A stretch of 64,000 nt of DNA. It comes from Paragordius varius (lineage: Eukaryota; Animalia; Nematomorpha). Positions 52,301-64,000 of the stretch are shown here, piece by piece. The notes beneath the pieces are model-generated. The model did no database searches, was not told where the DNA came from, and saw nothing but the letters and a program-made list of their open reading frames with translations. A program made the translations under genes and the position numbers. Location of the stretch: assembly GCA_964247055.1 (NCBI GenBank), contig OZ176053.1, positions 3,286,001 to 3,350,000 on the forward strand, written 5' to 3'. Within the stretch, counting starts at the first letter, position 1. Every line of letters begins with the position of its first letter.

Positions 52301-53411
52301 ATTGTGCCTAAAAAGCGAAAAACTTCACCAGACATCTTCAATTCATATTCAAAAACAACAGGCCTAGGACCTAGAAAGTATAGAAATAGAATAGCACTCC
52401 CTAGAAAAAAATTCCCAAATCTCAATAATAAAAATTTAAATCATAGCAACAATCGCTACCGAGGCTTTCAGGGCCATTTCAAATTTATCGACCGAGGTAT
52501 TATATATCGCAAAATTTATGAATTTATTTAAAATAGACAATATTTATTATGTTACATTATTATTATTATTATTTGAAATTTATATATTTTTTGAAAAAAA
52601 ATCATAATAAAATTAAGTTTATTTGTGTTGGCTCTCACTTTTAAATCTCCTGGGTCTTGGATGTGAAGTATAATACATTTTACAACAAATTTGTTGTGCG
52701 CAAATAAAAAAGCAGGCAAACGAGCATTACGTAAATTAATTTAATAAAAAAAGTATATCATCATTATATTATTGATACAACCTATAATATATTTATGAGG
52801 TAAGTTAAGTTAAAAAATTAAATTACATAAAGTGCCAAATTCAATTATGAAGAAAGTCTCTTTTTGATAAGGAATTATAGTATGAATAAGTAAAACAGGG
52901 GGTCTTCAACACAAATGGCTTCATAGGCCGTATTTTTGAATCGAAAAATCCGACGGATCGCATTCCCAACATATATGGGCAATAACAATTGTTTAATTAG
53001 ACATAAGAGTACAAAAACTACTATTTATTCTAATAATTTCGCTAGTTCCCCGGGAAAATACGGAAATTGTTTAAAACAATCAATTTTTCTTAAATTAGCC
53101 AATAATAATGCTCTTTGTATATATAAACTATTTGGCAGCATTATTTAATAAAAAAACTATCAATATATACCTAGTTAAACCTAATGTTGATTACAGTATG
53201 CACATGCATTCTTGCTTATTCACCGTATTGTTGGTCAATTGGCAACGCAGAAGTGTATGGGTTTAAACAAATAAATGTTAAAATCAAACAATTTTTCCCC
53301 ATCTTACAACACTAAATTTGTTTATCTCAATATAGACAAAATTAGTTTTGTATCATATGCGAATGTATTATGAATTGAACAATAATGTGAACAGACCAGC
53401 ATAATTGTGCT

Positions 53412-53445
<34 letters not shown>

Positions 53446-53663
53446 AGTATGGAAAATTCACAAGCTAAATTATCGAATGGTCCGTGTGTTTATAGCTTTG
53501 AAAGTCGTAATCATAGTAGCAAACAAGGTGACGTTTTTTCTATTAATTTTCCCTTCTCTCAACCATCTCATATCACTTATTGCCAATATCAATTCCATGC
53601 CATGGAAAACGAATTAATTCATATTATTGTTAATACGACGTACTTTGGAAGGACGGATTACAG
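49367..53663 (+). CDS. Secreted/membrane CUB-domain protein, SOL-1-like (5' partial; at least 4 exons)
   Basis: Exons 49367-49481 (signal-like MRSFNAKIAKFVILAVLLYASY), 50758-51039, 51999-52496, 53444-53663, phase-compatible. CUB1: CKCIIYSS...GKFTSPNYP...CLLYFF...VHIQFEDLDI, CNNEYIEIFD, LCG, FYS, RGFQGHFKFI. CUB2 start: CVYSF...GDVFSINFP...CQYQF. The CKCIIY...CLLY pattern recalls arthropod/nematode SOL-1. The 3' end was not resolved. Confidence 0.75.
49744..50017. mobile_element. hAT-type MITE in CUB-gene intron 1
   Basis: GGGCCGCA subterminal motifs at both ends; right end TTTGAACACCCCA. Related left end at ~52895-52970. Confidence 0.5.
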
Positions 53664-54345
53664 GTTGGTTATTAATATAGTTTTGTGATAAATTAAATGT
53701 AAATATATATTTCAAAAAAAGTGTATGGTTTCTTTTTGTTAAGACTTAACATTTTGAATGACCACTACTATGAACAAAAGTTGAGTAGTATTCTACGAAA
53801 TTGGTATTAATTAAATTCTAGAACGGGTTTTTAAACAAAAAATTTATCATTAAAATGACGTCTGAATTTTTAGTAAATTAAACAAATGCTTCTTATAAAA
53901 TAAAAAAAAACTAATATAAATAAGTGTTTAATATAAAAAAATTTATTAAGAGGTATTAAAATTGTAAATGAGAATTTTACAAATTATTTGAGAAATGATG
54001 GTAATCATAGGAGGGTCGGCTAAAACTCACTGGAGAGATATAGTTAAACGGAAATTGAATTTAAATCCACTTATTATATATTAATTGCTTTCGCTCGTGA
54101 GAGCGGTCATATGAGACAGACAGCCTGTCTCGCCATAAAAATCCATCTATAGTGACTTGCGCGTTTAGCTTATAAAATACTAGTTCTTTTTTATTGTATT
54201 ATATATAATTTTAAATTATTGCTTTTGCAATATAATAAGATTATCTCCTTTCAATGTGCCCAAACCAAAGGTAGTCTATTTTTGTAATTCTTTCTGCTAT
54301 CGTTTTAACATCCGTACTCCCACCAATATCTAGGTAGTATTTAGG

Positions 54346-55900
54346 TTTCCAGAAAAGGGTGTGACAGGCATGGTTCTGACCGCCACTGTCCTCACAGGAC
54401 GACCCTCACCGCTTTCCTGCGCTTTTACACGTTACAGGGCAAGGAGATGCCACTTCCTTGTTGGATGCTTCTAAGGGTATATAGAGTAAAATATGTAGTG
54501 CAACAGATAAATTAAAAGTGATAGTAATATTAAATTATATGCAATTTACTCCCTACAAAGTATTTAAGGTTACAGTCAGCCACAAACTATCTCCCACCGG
54601 ATCCGCCCTTTTTGCAGATAGTCTTTAAAGGCGGCGATAGCGTCGACGCTGCCGTTTGACGTAATGGAGACTCTCATCTTCCTTTAATAATTCTTTCTTA
54701 ACTTGATTGCATCTATTTTTTCCAACCCCCATTTAGCACTAAAAAAACAAAGTCTGGCCCACACTCTGCAGGAAAACACACACACGTCCAAGCCATGCCC
54801 CACAGATAACCAATCCTCGTAGGAAGCATCCCTTTGCCTGGTTTTGGAAGTGAGTTCACAAATCACAGTGGCCCATTCGGATTTTTGACCTATGAAGGGG
54901 CGTATCACCTGTAGTTCAGCGCAGATCAAAACTTATCGCTAATCAGGTCGTTGTAGATCAATCAACCAACTTTATTAACGATCGACAGATCTTTCTCTGG
55001 TATAATGACGAAATCAATTTGGGAAGGGCACACATTCCTTTCAATCCTTTTGTATGGACAATATTGGCTATCCGGGAAAAAAGTGTTGCCAATCATTTTA
55101 TTGCTTTATCCCTTTTGCATTGATACACATTCAAAAATAATAACAATATCTACTCCAAGAAAACAAGGTGCCAACTTGCCACTGAATCACTTAAAAACCG
55201 ATAAAGGAATGTGTGCCCTTCCCAAATTCATTTCGTCATTATACCAGAGAAAGATCTGTCGATCGTTAATAAAGTTGGTTGCTTGATCTACAACGACCTG
55301 ATTAGCGATTAGTTTTGATCTGCGCTGAACTACAGGTGATACGCCCCTTCATAGGTCAAAAATCCGAATGGGCCACTGTGGTTGGTGAATTCACTTCCAA
55401 AACCAGGCAAATGCATGCTTCCTACGAGGATCGGTTATCTGCGGGGCATGGCTTGGACGTATGTGTGTTTTCCTGCAGCGTGTGGGCCTTGCGGAGATAG
55501 ACTTTGTCTTTTTAGTGCTAAATGGGGGTTGGAAAAATAGATGCAATCAAATTAAAAAAGAATCATTAGGAAGAGGAGAGACTTTACTACGCCAAAAGCC
55601 AGCGTCGATGCGATCGCCGCCTTCAAAGACTATCTGCAAAAAGGGCGGATCCGGTGGGGGATAGTTTGTGGCTGACTGTAACCTACTTTGATAGGGAGTA
55701 AATTGCATGTAATTTAATATTACTATCACTTTTATATCTGTTGCACTACATGTTTTACTGTATATACCCTTAGAAGCATCAAACAAGGAAGTGGCGTCCC
55801 CCTGCCCTGAAGCGTGTAAAAGCGCAGGAAGGCGGTAAGGGTCGTCCTGTGAGGACAGTGGTGGTTGGAACCATGTCTTTCACACCTTTTTCTGGATACC
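54346..55900. mobile_element. ~1.55-kb GC-rich foldback element (~700-bp inverted arms, ~150-bp spacer)
   Basis: ~54346-55045 is the imperfect reverse complement of ~55200-55900. The mirrored ORFs 54684-54929(-) and 55315-55500(+) reflect the palindrome. No TSD found. Confidence 0.85.
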
Positions 55901-57399
55901 TGGATTATTTGAGGTAAATGATCTAGTAATCTATATAATAAATCTATTTTTAAATGTTAATGAGCATAAAATACATTAATTTTATTTAACGCTAAAAATT
56001 TCCGCTATTTATTCTATGGGACCTAGGGCATTACACCTCTTTTATACAGATGAACAACGTATTTATCTAAATAAAAGTTGCCTTTGAGAAATATAATCTT
56101 TGAAGGATGTTACTATTATAATTTTTTTATTTGATGTTACATAGTTTATTTTATATTTTGTTACGTGTTTGGGCTTTTAAATTGGAAGAGTAGTTACGGG
56201 TCAATTTTTGCGCCAGTCTGATTATAAAATGGACCATTCCGGAGACTGCTATTTTTTTCATTTAGAAGTGTCTGAACAGCTTTTATTAGTAAGTTAAATT
56301 TTATTTACTTTATGAAAATAAACTATTTTAACTTAAAAAATATAAGATTGGATTAAGGAGACATACAAGAAGTGAGAGGGAAAGGTCAAAATGGATTATA
56401 AATTGATGTTTGTAAAATTTGAAGATTTTGTCTAAATTTTGGTCTCTTTCTGACATATATACTAACATACGTGGAATAAATTAGTACTTTTAATCTCCTC
56501 CGTATTCTCCACGAATTTTCATATAGTATAACACTGGTATGATAATCTTTGCATCAAATAATTTTTATATAGCAAAGATTATGAATAGTAATGCTTAGAA
56601 TATAATGTATTCATTATAATGAATACATTATATTTTATTGATAACATACATTGTTGCTGAAATCTTTATATATTTATGTGTGTTGAATCTAACATATGTT
56701 TCGCTGTAAAAAATAATATTTATAAAAGATAGATTACTTATGAACAGCATTCTCAAAAAAATTTGGCGGGCAGTACACATATATTTGACATTATCAAACG
56801 TTTTAGCATAAAAACCCCCAATTTTATTTCGGGTAAAAACAATACGGACAAAATCTAATAATATAAAGACAAATATTTTTTTAAGGCAACCATACTTTTT
56901 ATATCTTGATTTTTTTTAATATAACTAACTCATTGTTTAAAATCGTAAAGTATGAAATAGAGATATACACTGTGTGCAAAAATTTTATTTAATGAGATAG
57001 CTTATGACTAAGGTGACCAGACGTCCCGCTTTTTCACACTTTGTCCCGCGTCCCGCTACGTTTTTAAAATGTCCCGCTTTTTCACGATTATATAAAAAAA
57101 ATTCTTTTTAACACAAATAAATTTTTTAATCCGTTTAAATTTTTTATCATTAAATATCTTTAATATCTATATAAATTTTAAATTAAAATTTTTTATTTTT
57201 AAATTAATATTTATTTTTTTCGAATTTATATCATATGATTATACACTTTCCCTACTACTACTGTCATCATTATCAAAAAGCCAAGTTAATACCACAAATC
57301 GGTAGCTTAAAAGACAAATTGATACCACAAATCGGTACCTTACACGTTTATTCCAGAAAATTAAGGTAATATAATAATTATTATACTAATAGTAGTTTA

Positions 57400-59215
57400 T
57401 AAATAAGCGCACAAAAAGAGGTTGTAAATTCAACGATGAATTAATGAAAGATTTTCCTTTTATCAAAAAAACGAAGAATGAATCATCTGTTAAATGTCTT
57501 ATATGCGAGGGGAAATTCACCCTAGCACATGGCACAAGCATGATATTACAAAGCATATGGAAACACAGAAACATAAAATATGTTTAGATATGGCGGCATC
57601 ATCTTACAAAATGAGCGATTTTTTTCGAGAAACCACTTTTGGAGAGGAAGAAAAGAATTTGGAACTAGCTGAGGGCGTGTTATCTTTTCACGCTGTTGAT
57701 CACAATCATTCCTTTAGATTTATGGACTGTACCTCACAGGTTATTCGCACGTTATTCCATAAAAAATTTACATGTGCCCGTACAAAGGCTGAAGCCATTG
57801 TGTGCAATGTCCTTTCGCCACATGCATTTTCTGGAATACAATTTGCTGAAAATTAATTTCTTATCCCTATACTCTGATGCATCAAATCACCATGAAACAA
57901 AATTATTTCCCACTTAAATTTTGATTCAGAAACCTGAGTAAAAATTAAAATTTTAGATTTAATTTCTCTACCCGGTGAAAATTCCGAAATAATATTTACT
58001 TCAATAATGCATAATTTAGAAAAAAATAATTTAAAAGAACAAAATTATCGCATATTGCGCTTACAACACCAATACGAACTTCGGTGGAAAAGCAAGGAGG
58101 GGAACGAATAATATTCATAAATTAGCAGATAATCTTATCAAAACATTATTGGCGTTGGGTGTGCAGCGCATATAATACACAACGCTATTCAAACAGCTGC
58201 TGGTTACTCCTAGATGTGGAAAATGTAGTTGTTAAAATATATTCCTATTTTTATATATACACGGTACGTGTTGAAACGCTTAAAGAATTCTGTGAAAATG
58301 CAGAAGTTCAATATCAAAAAATGCTTGGATATTGTAAAACTCGTTGGTTAGCTTTTATGCCAGCTATCGAAAGAATTTTAAAAATGAAAGATACTTTAAA
58401 ATCTTTTTTTTATCACGGGACAAATGTCCTACAACTTTAAAAAAGTTTTTTGAAAGTGATTCTTCAAAAATTTGGTTAGAATTCTTACATAATCAAGCTT
58501 CTCTCTTTCAAAATGTTATTAAATTTATAGAAGGTGGCAAAATTTTGGCAATCGAAGTAGCCAATTAAGTTAGTAACCTAAAATTCAATGTCAAGAACGG
58601 TTAGAAAATAATTTTTTACCATTAACCATCCGCAATATAATATTTAGAACAACAAGGCTTAATAAATCGCCAAGATATCGTGTACCATATAAAAATGTTT
58701 TATACAAACTGTAAAGATTATTTGGAAGACTGGATGACGTAATTCAATGAAATTGATCATTTTCATTGGATAAGATTAAAATCAGAATTTAATTGGTGCG
58801 ATGTTCAAAATCATTTGATTATATCTGCTCCCAAAAATTCTCAAAAAGTAGAGTTTCAGAAAATTTTTCTCTGAAGTATCATTAGTTAAAAGATATATTA
58901 ATAATGGAAAACTTAAATTATGGTCAAAATAAAAATATACAGAAGAAAAGAAATGGTTGGAAATATTTTAACACCAACTATATTACATACAATAATATTT
59001 AAAAAATTGTGGTCGCACTATCTTTACCTGGAACCAACGCTGCTACTGAGCGCGTTTTTTCCACAGTAAATCAGGTGTGGACATCGGAAACAAATTTAAA
59101 TGTTGAAACTTTAAAGGCCGTTTTATCTGTCAAATATAATTTGACAAATTCTTATGAAGACTTCTACAATATTTTAATGATGACAATCTGCTAAAACGCA
59201 TTCATTCAAACAAAA
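57400..59215 (+). pseudogene. hAT transposase pseudogene
   Basis: BED-like VKCLICEG; CARTKAEAIVCNVLSP; DASNH; GVGCAAHIIHN; TRWL; LSLPGTNAATERVFS. Multiple frameshifts and stops. Confidence 0.9.
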
Positions 59216-59284
59216 AATATACCAAAGAATAAAATATATTCTTATATTTATAAAATTTTTATGTTAAAAAATAAACAAAATTAC

Positions 59285-60070
59285 TTAAAATATTGTATAA
59301 GTCTTCATAATTTGTCAAATTATATATTTTAACACATAAAATGGCTTTTATTCAATATTTAAATTTGATTCCGTGTCCTTACAACTTACTGTGGAAAAAT
59401 GCGTTCAATAGCAGTGGTTCAGGTAAAGATAATGCAAATTCTACATGAACATAATTTGTTTAAAAAATGATTATTTTAACCTACGTATTTTTTTCTGTTG
59501 TCCATAATATAAGTTTTCATTCAATATATTTATTTAATAATGAGACTTCATAAAAAAGTGTCACTGTGCACCGTCTTGTCTGCCAAATAATCGTTTCTGT
59601 TTGTATAAAACATTTTTATATTCTGGCTATTCATTGAGCCTTGTTTTTCTGGATGCTTTATAATATTGCGATTAGGTAATGGTATAAAATTATTTTCTAA
59701 CCTTTGTTAATTTTTGACCTTTGTCCTGTGATAAAAAATAATTCTAGGAGATCACATTTTATTAAATATTTCAATCGCTGGCAAAAGAGCTAACTAACAG
59801 TTCTACACAAGCATTTTAACATCTATATTTTCCACATCCAGGGGTAACAAATCAGTAGCTGTTTAAATAGCGTTGTGTATCTGCCAATTTTTGATTAACA
59901 TTATTCGCTTTGTTAAAAATATTTTTTGTGCCGCTTCTTGCATCACCCAGCGCACTTTGTGATGATCTCGTCTTTATTATTTTTTTCTATAATATTACAA
60001 TCACTTCACCCTTTGTTCGTGCACATGTAAATTTATTGAATAAGGTACAAACAACCTGTAAGGCACAAAT
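59285..60070 (-). pseudogene. Inverted, internally deleted second copy of the same hAT transposase family
   Basis: The minus strand gives KFTCARTK (~60010-60040), IHNAI...LLPLDVENI (~59820-59880) and a C-terminal segment mirroring 59000-59176. Confidence 0.7.
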
Positions 60071-62884
60071 TTTTTTATATTTATAATGTATTTGTGTTAA
60101 AAATAAATAAATATTACAATAAATTTTTTGTATAAAAATTTTTGGTTGTACCCCCCAATGACCCCCCTTCTCAGATTTGTCCCGCTTTTTCCTTCAAAAA
60201 ATCTGGTCACCTTACTTATGACCAGCGTATTCATTTGCACAAAAATTTTTATTTGTTGACGACCTAGTTTTTGCAGTATTGAGAGAAAATCGAAATCGGA
60301 CAAAAAGTGAAAATTAAGGATAATTAAGGATAATTTAAAAAAATGATAAAATTTGAGATATTATGGTTGATTATCATTTTAGGACATATTTACAATATAT
60401 AAATACCCTAAAATCATATTGTTAAGGTTTACATAAGATCTCATAAGATGGCGTTTTTCTTTTAACACACTTAAAAGACAATTTTTTTTATAAAACTATA
60501 TTAAAATATTTTTTTTAATTATTTATTACCTAAACTCACTATTAAAATCTTAACTCCATATTTTATTCAGTAAAAAAACTTAATCAAAATTAAATCAAAA
60601 AATAATGTTTTTTATATTTACATTTTTTTGTTATCTGGGCGTTTAAAAAATTTATACTGTTTCATTTTGGAATCTTACATGAGTGCGAATTATAAAGTAT
60701 ATAATTTATGCAAAATAGGATTTAAAAGTAGTGGAATATCAACCAACAATCCTTACAAATCCTTGTAACAAGTCTGTTTTATGACAAATTAATATTATTG
60801 GGATTCGTACGGATTGTTAGTTGATACCACTATTTTTAAATCCTATTTTGCATAAATTATATACTATATATTTCGCACTCCTGTAAGCAAAATATAACAG
60901 TATAAATTTTTTATACACTCATAAACCAGATAACAAAAAAATGTAAAAATAAAAAACAATATTTTTTGGTTTTATTTTGATATATAAGTTTTTCTGAATA
61001 AAATCTATGTAAAGATTTTAATAGTGAGTTTTAGTAGATAATTAAAAAATTATTTTAATATAGTTATATAAAAAAATTGTCTTGTGAATGTGTTAAAAAA
61101 ACGCCATCTTTTAGGATTTTGTGGAAACCCCAACTATATGATTTTAGGGTATTTATATATTGAAAATATGTCCTAAAATGATAATAAACCATAATATCTC
61201 AAATTTAATCATTATTTTTTGAATTATCCTTAATTTTCACTTTTTGCCCGATTTCGATTTTCTCTCAATATTTTAAAAACTAGGTTGTCAATAAATAATA
61301 ATTTTTGCGGCAAAAAAATCGCTGGTCATAAGCTATCTCATAAAAAAATTTTTTGTTAAAAATTAACCCTCTTTTTTGCACTTAGTGTATATATTGGTAA
61401 CACAATCAATCATGTATATTACAATTGTAATGAAACGATTTTTGTAGGATAAATTATGGTTTAGAAAAGTATGGTGGTCTTTTAAAAAAAATGTGTTTAT
61501 ATTATACGTTTTACCCGTATAATCAATTTTTTTCTGTATTTTACCCGCTATCCTGACTTATATTTTTTAAAATTTTTAATCAGAATAATTATAAAATTTT
61601 TATTCCACAATCTCCTTTTCATGTACCTTCTCCAAAAACAATCTGTGTCGGATGGAGTAAAAATTATCTTTTTATCATATTACATAGCAATTCGTTTGTT
61701 TATTAAATTTACTAAATATAACTATATATTAATATCTTTGCAATAAAAAGCAAATTTAAACTAAACATTTACCCGAAGTCAATATTATAAATTATTAGAA
61801 AATATAAAGATTTTGAATGTTTTACTAAAAAATAACTATAAGGAGTTTATTTTACAAATATTTCACACTTTTCAACAAACTGCAGAAAGAGTTGTTGAGT
61901 CCCGCATTTGACACCACTGCTATGTAAGAATAATGATATCATAGATCCTGTTTTTAAATAACAGATATTACCAAACTCTGACATTACAGTATGAGTAAGT
62001 ATACATTGCTAGAAAGTTATTGATTGCCAAATATAGTATATAAAATTAAGGGAAGTATTATTGGCTTATAGTTATTTTTTTCTTTACTATTATTAGCCAA
62101 TAATAATTTTCTTTAACAGTTGTTAAATCCGTAAAATAATGATAAACGAAAATTGTTGCATATGCTATTTGGCAATAAATAATAACCTAGCAATATATAC
62201 TTACTAATAGTGTAAAACGATATTCAATAAAACAGATAACATACCTTCTAAATCTATCTTATAAAACACGCTTCAATTATTTATCATATGCTGTTAACAA
62301 ACATAACAATTAAAGATTTAGTTTGATATCAGGCTAAACAAAGTAACTGCCCTTGTATTAGTAGTAATGATACAAATAACTGTCCAAAAATTCATTAAAA
62401 TATAATAGAAACCTAATATGCCAAATTTAGGGTCGGCAATGTTTACCAACTTTCAGAATTCAAAACAGTTTGGACGTCCGTTTTTGTGGAAAGTAAACTT
62501 TCAGGTGCTTTATGAGAATTTTAGTAGAGCGTCTAAAATGCAAGCAGATTTTAATAGCATCAAAAGCTCTTCATATAATGTTTATGGGGGTTTTAAAATT
62601 TGAAAAATTATGCATCACTTTTGTCTAAAAACGCCTAGTTTTTACACATTAAAAGAAATAAATAAATTAACTTTTAGTAAACATGTGATTGCCCGTAAGG
62701 TACGTAAAGAATTGTTTGATCAATTAAAAAAACTTAGTTTTTATGATTTATAAAGTCTTATTTATACATGTAAAGTCTGAATTCTTATATTCAGGTCTCA
62801 AATGGATTAGTCACATGTTTACAATAAAAAAAGGCTGAGCCAGTGCATAACGGTTTTAGACATAACTGATACTTTTGGTAAATA

Positions 62885-63041
62885 CAGTCATGTATCCTTT
62901 GTTTTATCAAAAATTTATTTTTTTTTCGTTAAATGGGTATAAATATTTGTTAAAGAATGGAAACAAGAGTTCTTTGCCAAATATTTATACCCATTTTACG
63001 AAAAAAAATAAATTTTTGATAAAATAAAGGATACATGACTG
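62885..63041. mobile_element. 157-bp palindromic Tc1/mariner MITE
   Basis: TA|CAGTCATGTATCC...GGATACATGACTG|TA, with arms inverted almost to the centre. Confidence 0.9.
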
Positions 63042-64000
63042 TAAAGCGCCAGTAAACATGTCTTTAAGAAATTTTAACACTTTGTATTGGTTTTTTCTAA
63101 AATCTGATTTTATTAAAAAACTTTCCTTAAAATTATTTTAAATAAAAATTTTATCACGAAGTTTTTATAAAAACCTGCGAAGAATCAGATAATAATTATC
63201 AAGTAACTCGCAAAATTTTTAGATTATAAAAGTTGATGACTTTCCCTATTCAAAAGTATTTATTATATAAATTACATTTTTGACCCTAAATTCGGCACAC
63301 TATGAAACATACTAATTAATTTGAGGTATTTTAGGCCATCGCAAGCGCTTTTGTATCTGAGTTTAATGTTATATTGAAGAAACTAAATAAATCATTTTTT
63401 ATAAGGGCCACTTTTCATGTATTTGAATTTTTAAAAATAGCAGTGTTAAAAGGCCGACTCAATTTTTGGCTTTGGTTACAATTCCGTTCTACAGATTTTA
63501 AAAAACTGTTCCTGACAAATTGTTCTCCATTTCCATTATTTTTTGGGCAAATGCTTCTGATCTGTTTTAAATTTTTTAAGGACTTCCTAATTAGTTAATT
63601 AATTAAAAGCCAAATATAAGTCTAGTTATTTAAAAGACATGATTAGAAAGGATGAAGGGGAAAGAAAACGATACCGACGACAGATGAGGTGGCTGGTAAA
63701 GAAGATGACATTCAATAGGAAGAAATAGACAACAATGCACGCTATATCAAAAAATCGCTTTCGACTTGGGAAATCCAACCAGCTAACCAACTGCACAATT
63801 CTCTTGTCTGCTACTTTCTGAAACTTTAAAATACTATCTATAATATATATATATGTAAATTAAATAATCAAATTATGATTTTCTGACTGTTTAAAACCGC
63901 TTTTTTTGGTTTTAAAAACGGTTTAGGAACCATTTTTTGATTTTTTCTAAAAACCCTTTCAAAAAGTAATATATCGATTCCAATATTGGTTCCGATTTCA

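Larger units (their letters stand above)
57009..60214 (+). mobile_element. hAT (Blackjack-type ends) transposon with a decayed transposase
   Basis: Perfect 13-bp TIR TAAGGTGACCAGA / TCTGGTCACCTTA. Perfect 8-bp TSD CTTATGAC (57001-57008, 60215-60222). Subterminal GTCCCGC repeats. Confidence 0.95.
56968..61387. mobile_element. ~1.2-kb fully palindromic Tc1-type foldback MITE, interrupted by a 3.2-kb hAT
   Basis: TA|CACTGTGTGCAAAAA...TTTTTTGCACTTAGTG|TA. 56968-57008 plus 60215-~60770 mirror ~60800-61387. It sits inside a CAGTAAAAAT-family MITE (~56835-61536). Confidence 0.85.

Noticed and set aside
54684-55786. Paired ORFs in the foldback as real genes
   Set aside because: They mirror each other because of the palindrome, frames break between arms, and no domain is recognisable.
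298-63598. Most 60-120 aa ORFs in the track (e.g. 298-501, 4573-5000, 44029-44256, 48851-49275, 63374-63598)
   Set aside because: F/I/K/L/N/Y-rich translations of AT-rich DNA, antisense shadows of real genes, or MITE sequence; no motifs or splice support.

Overview
Very AT-rich eukaryotic nuclear DNA, most likely from a compact, probably parasitic animal (inference; taxon not determinable here). The ORF track misses most genes because they are split by spliceosomal introns, many only 22-30 nt long. Reconstructed by hand: phosphorylase kinase beta (PHKB, 29 exons, 5726-18852 +); a dense cluster of SERHL-like hydrolase (-), TP53RK/Bud32 (+), a BTB-BACK protein (-), an apparently decayed BABAM2/BRE gene (-), TXNL1 (-) and an unidentified plus-strand gene; and the 5' part of a SOL-1-like CUB-domain protein (49367->53663 +). 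The rest is rich in DNA transposons (hAT and Tc1/IS630 elements, MITEs, long foldbacks, nested insertions). The most striking feature is an apparently intact Tc1/IS630-type transposon (32960-34919). Its 395-aa transposase is interrupted by four phase-1 introns of 22-26 nt, has a DD30E triad, and is flanked by a perfect 70-bp duplication instead of a TA. The 29-31.8 kb and 35-49 kb regions may hold scattered exons I could not resolve. No rRNA, tRNA or CRISPR array was recognised. Homology calls come from recalled reference sequences, not database searches.
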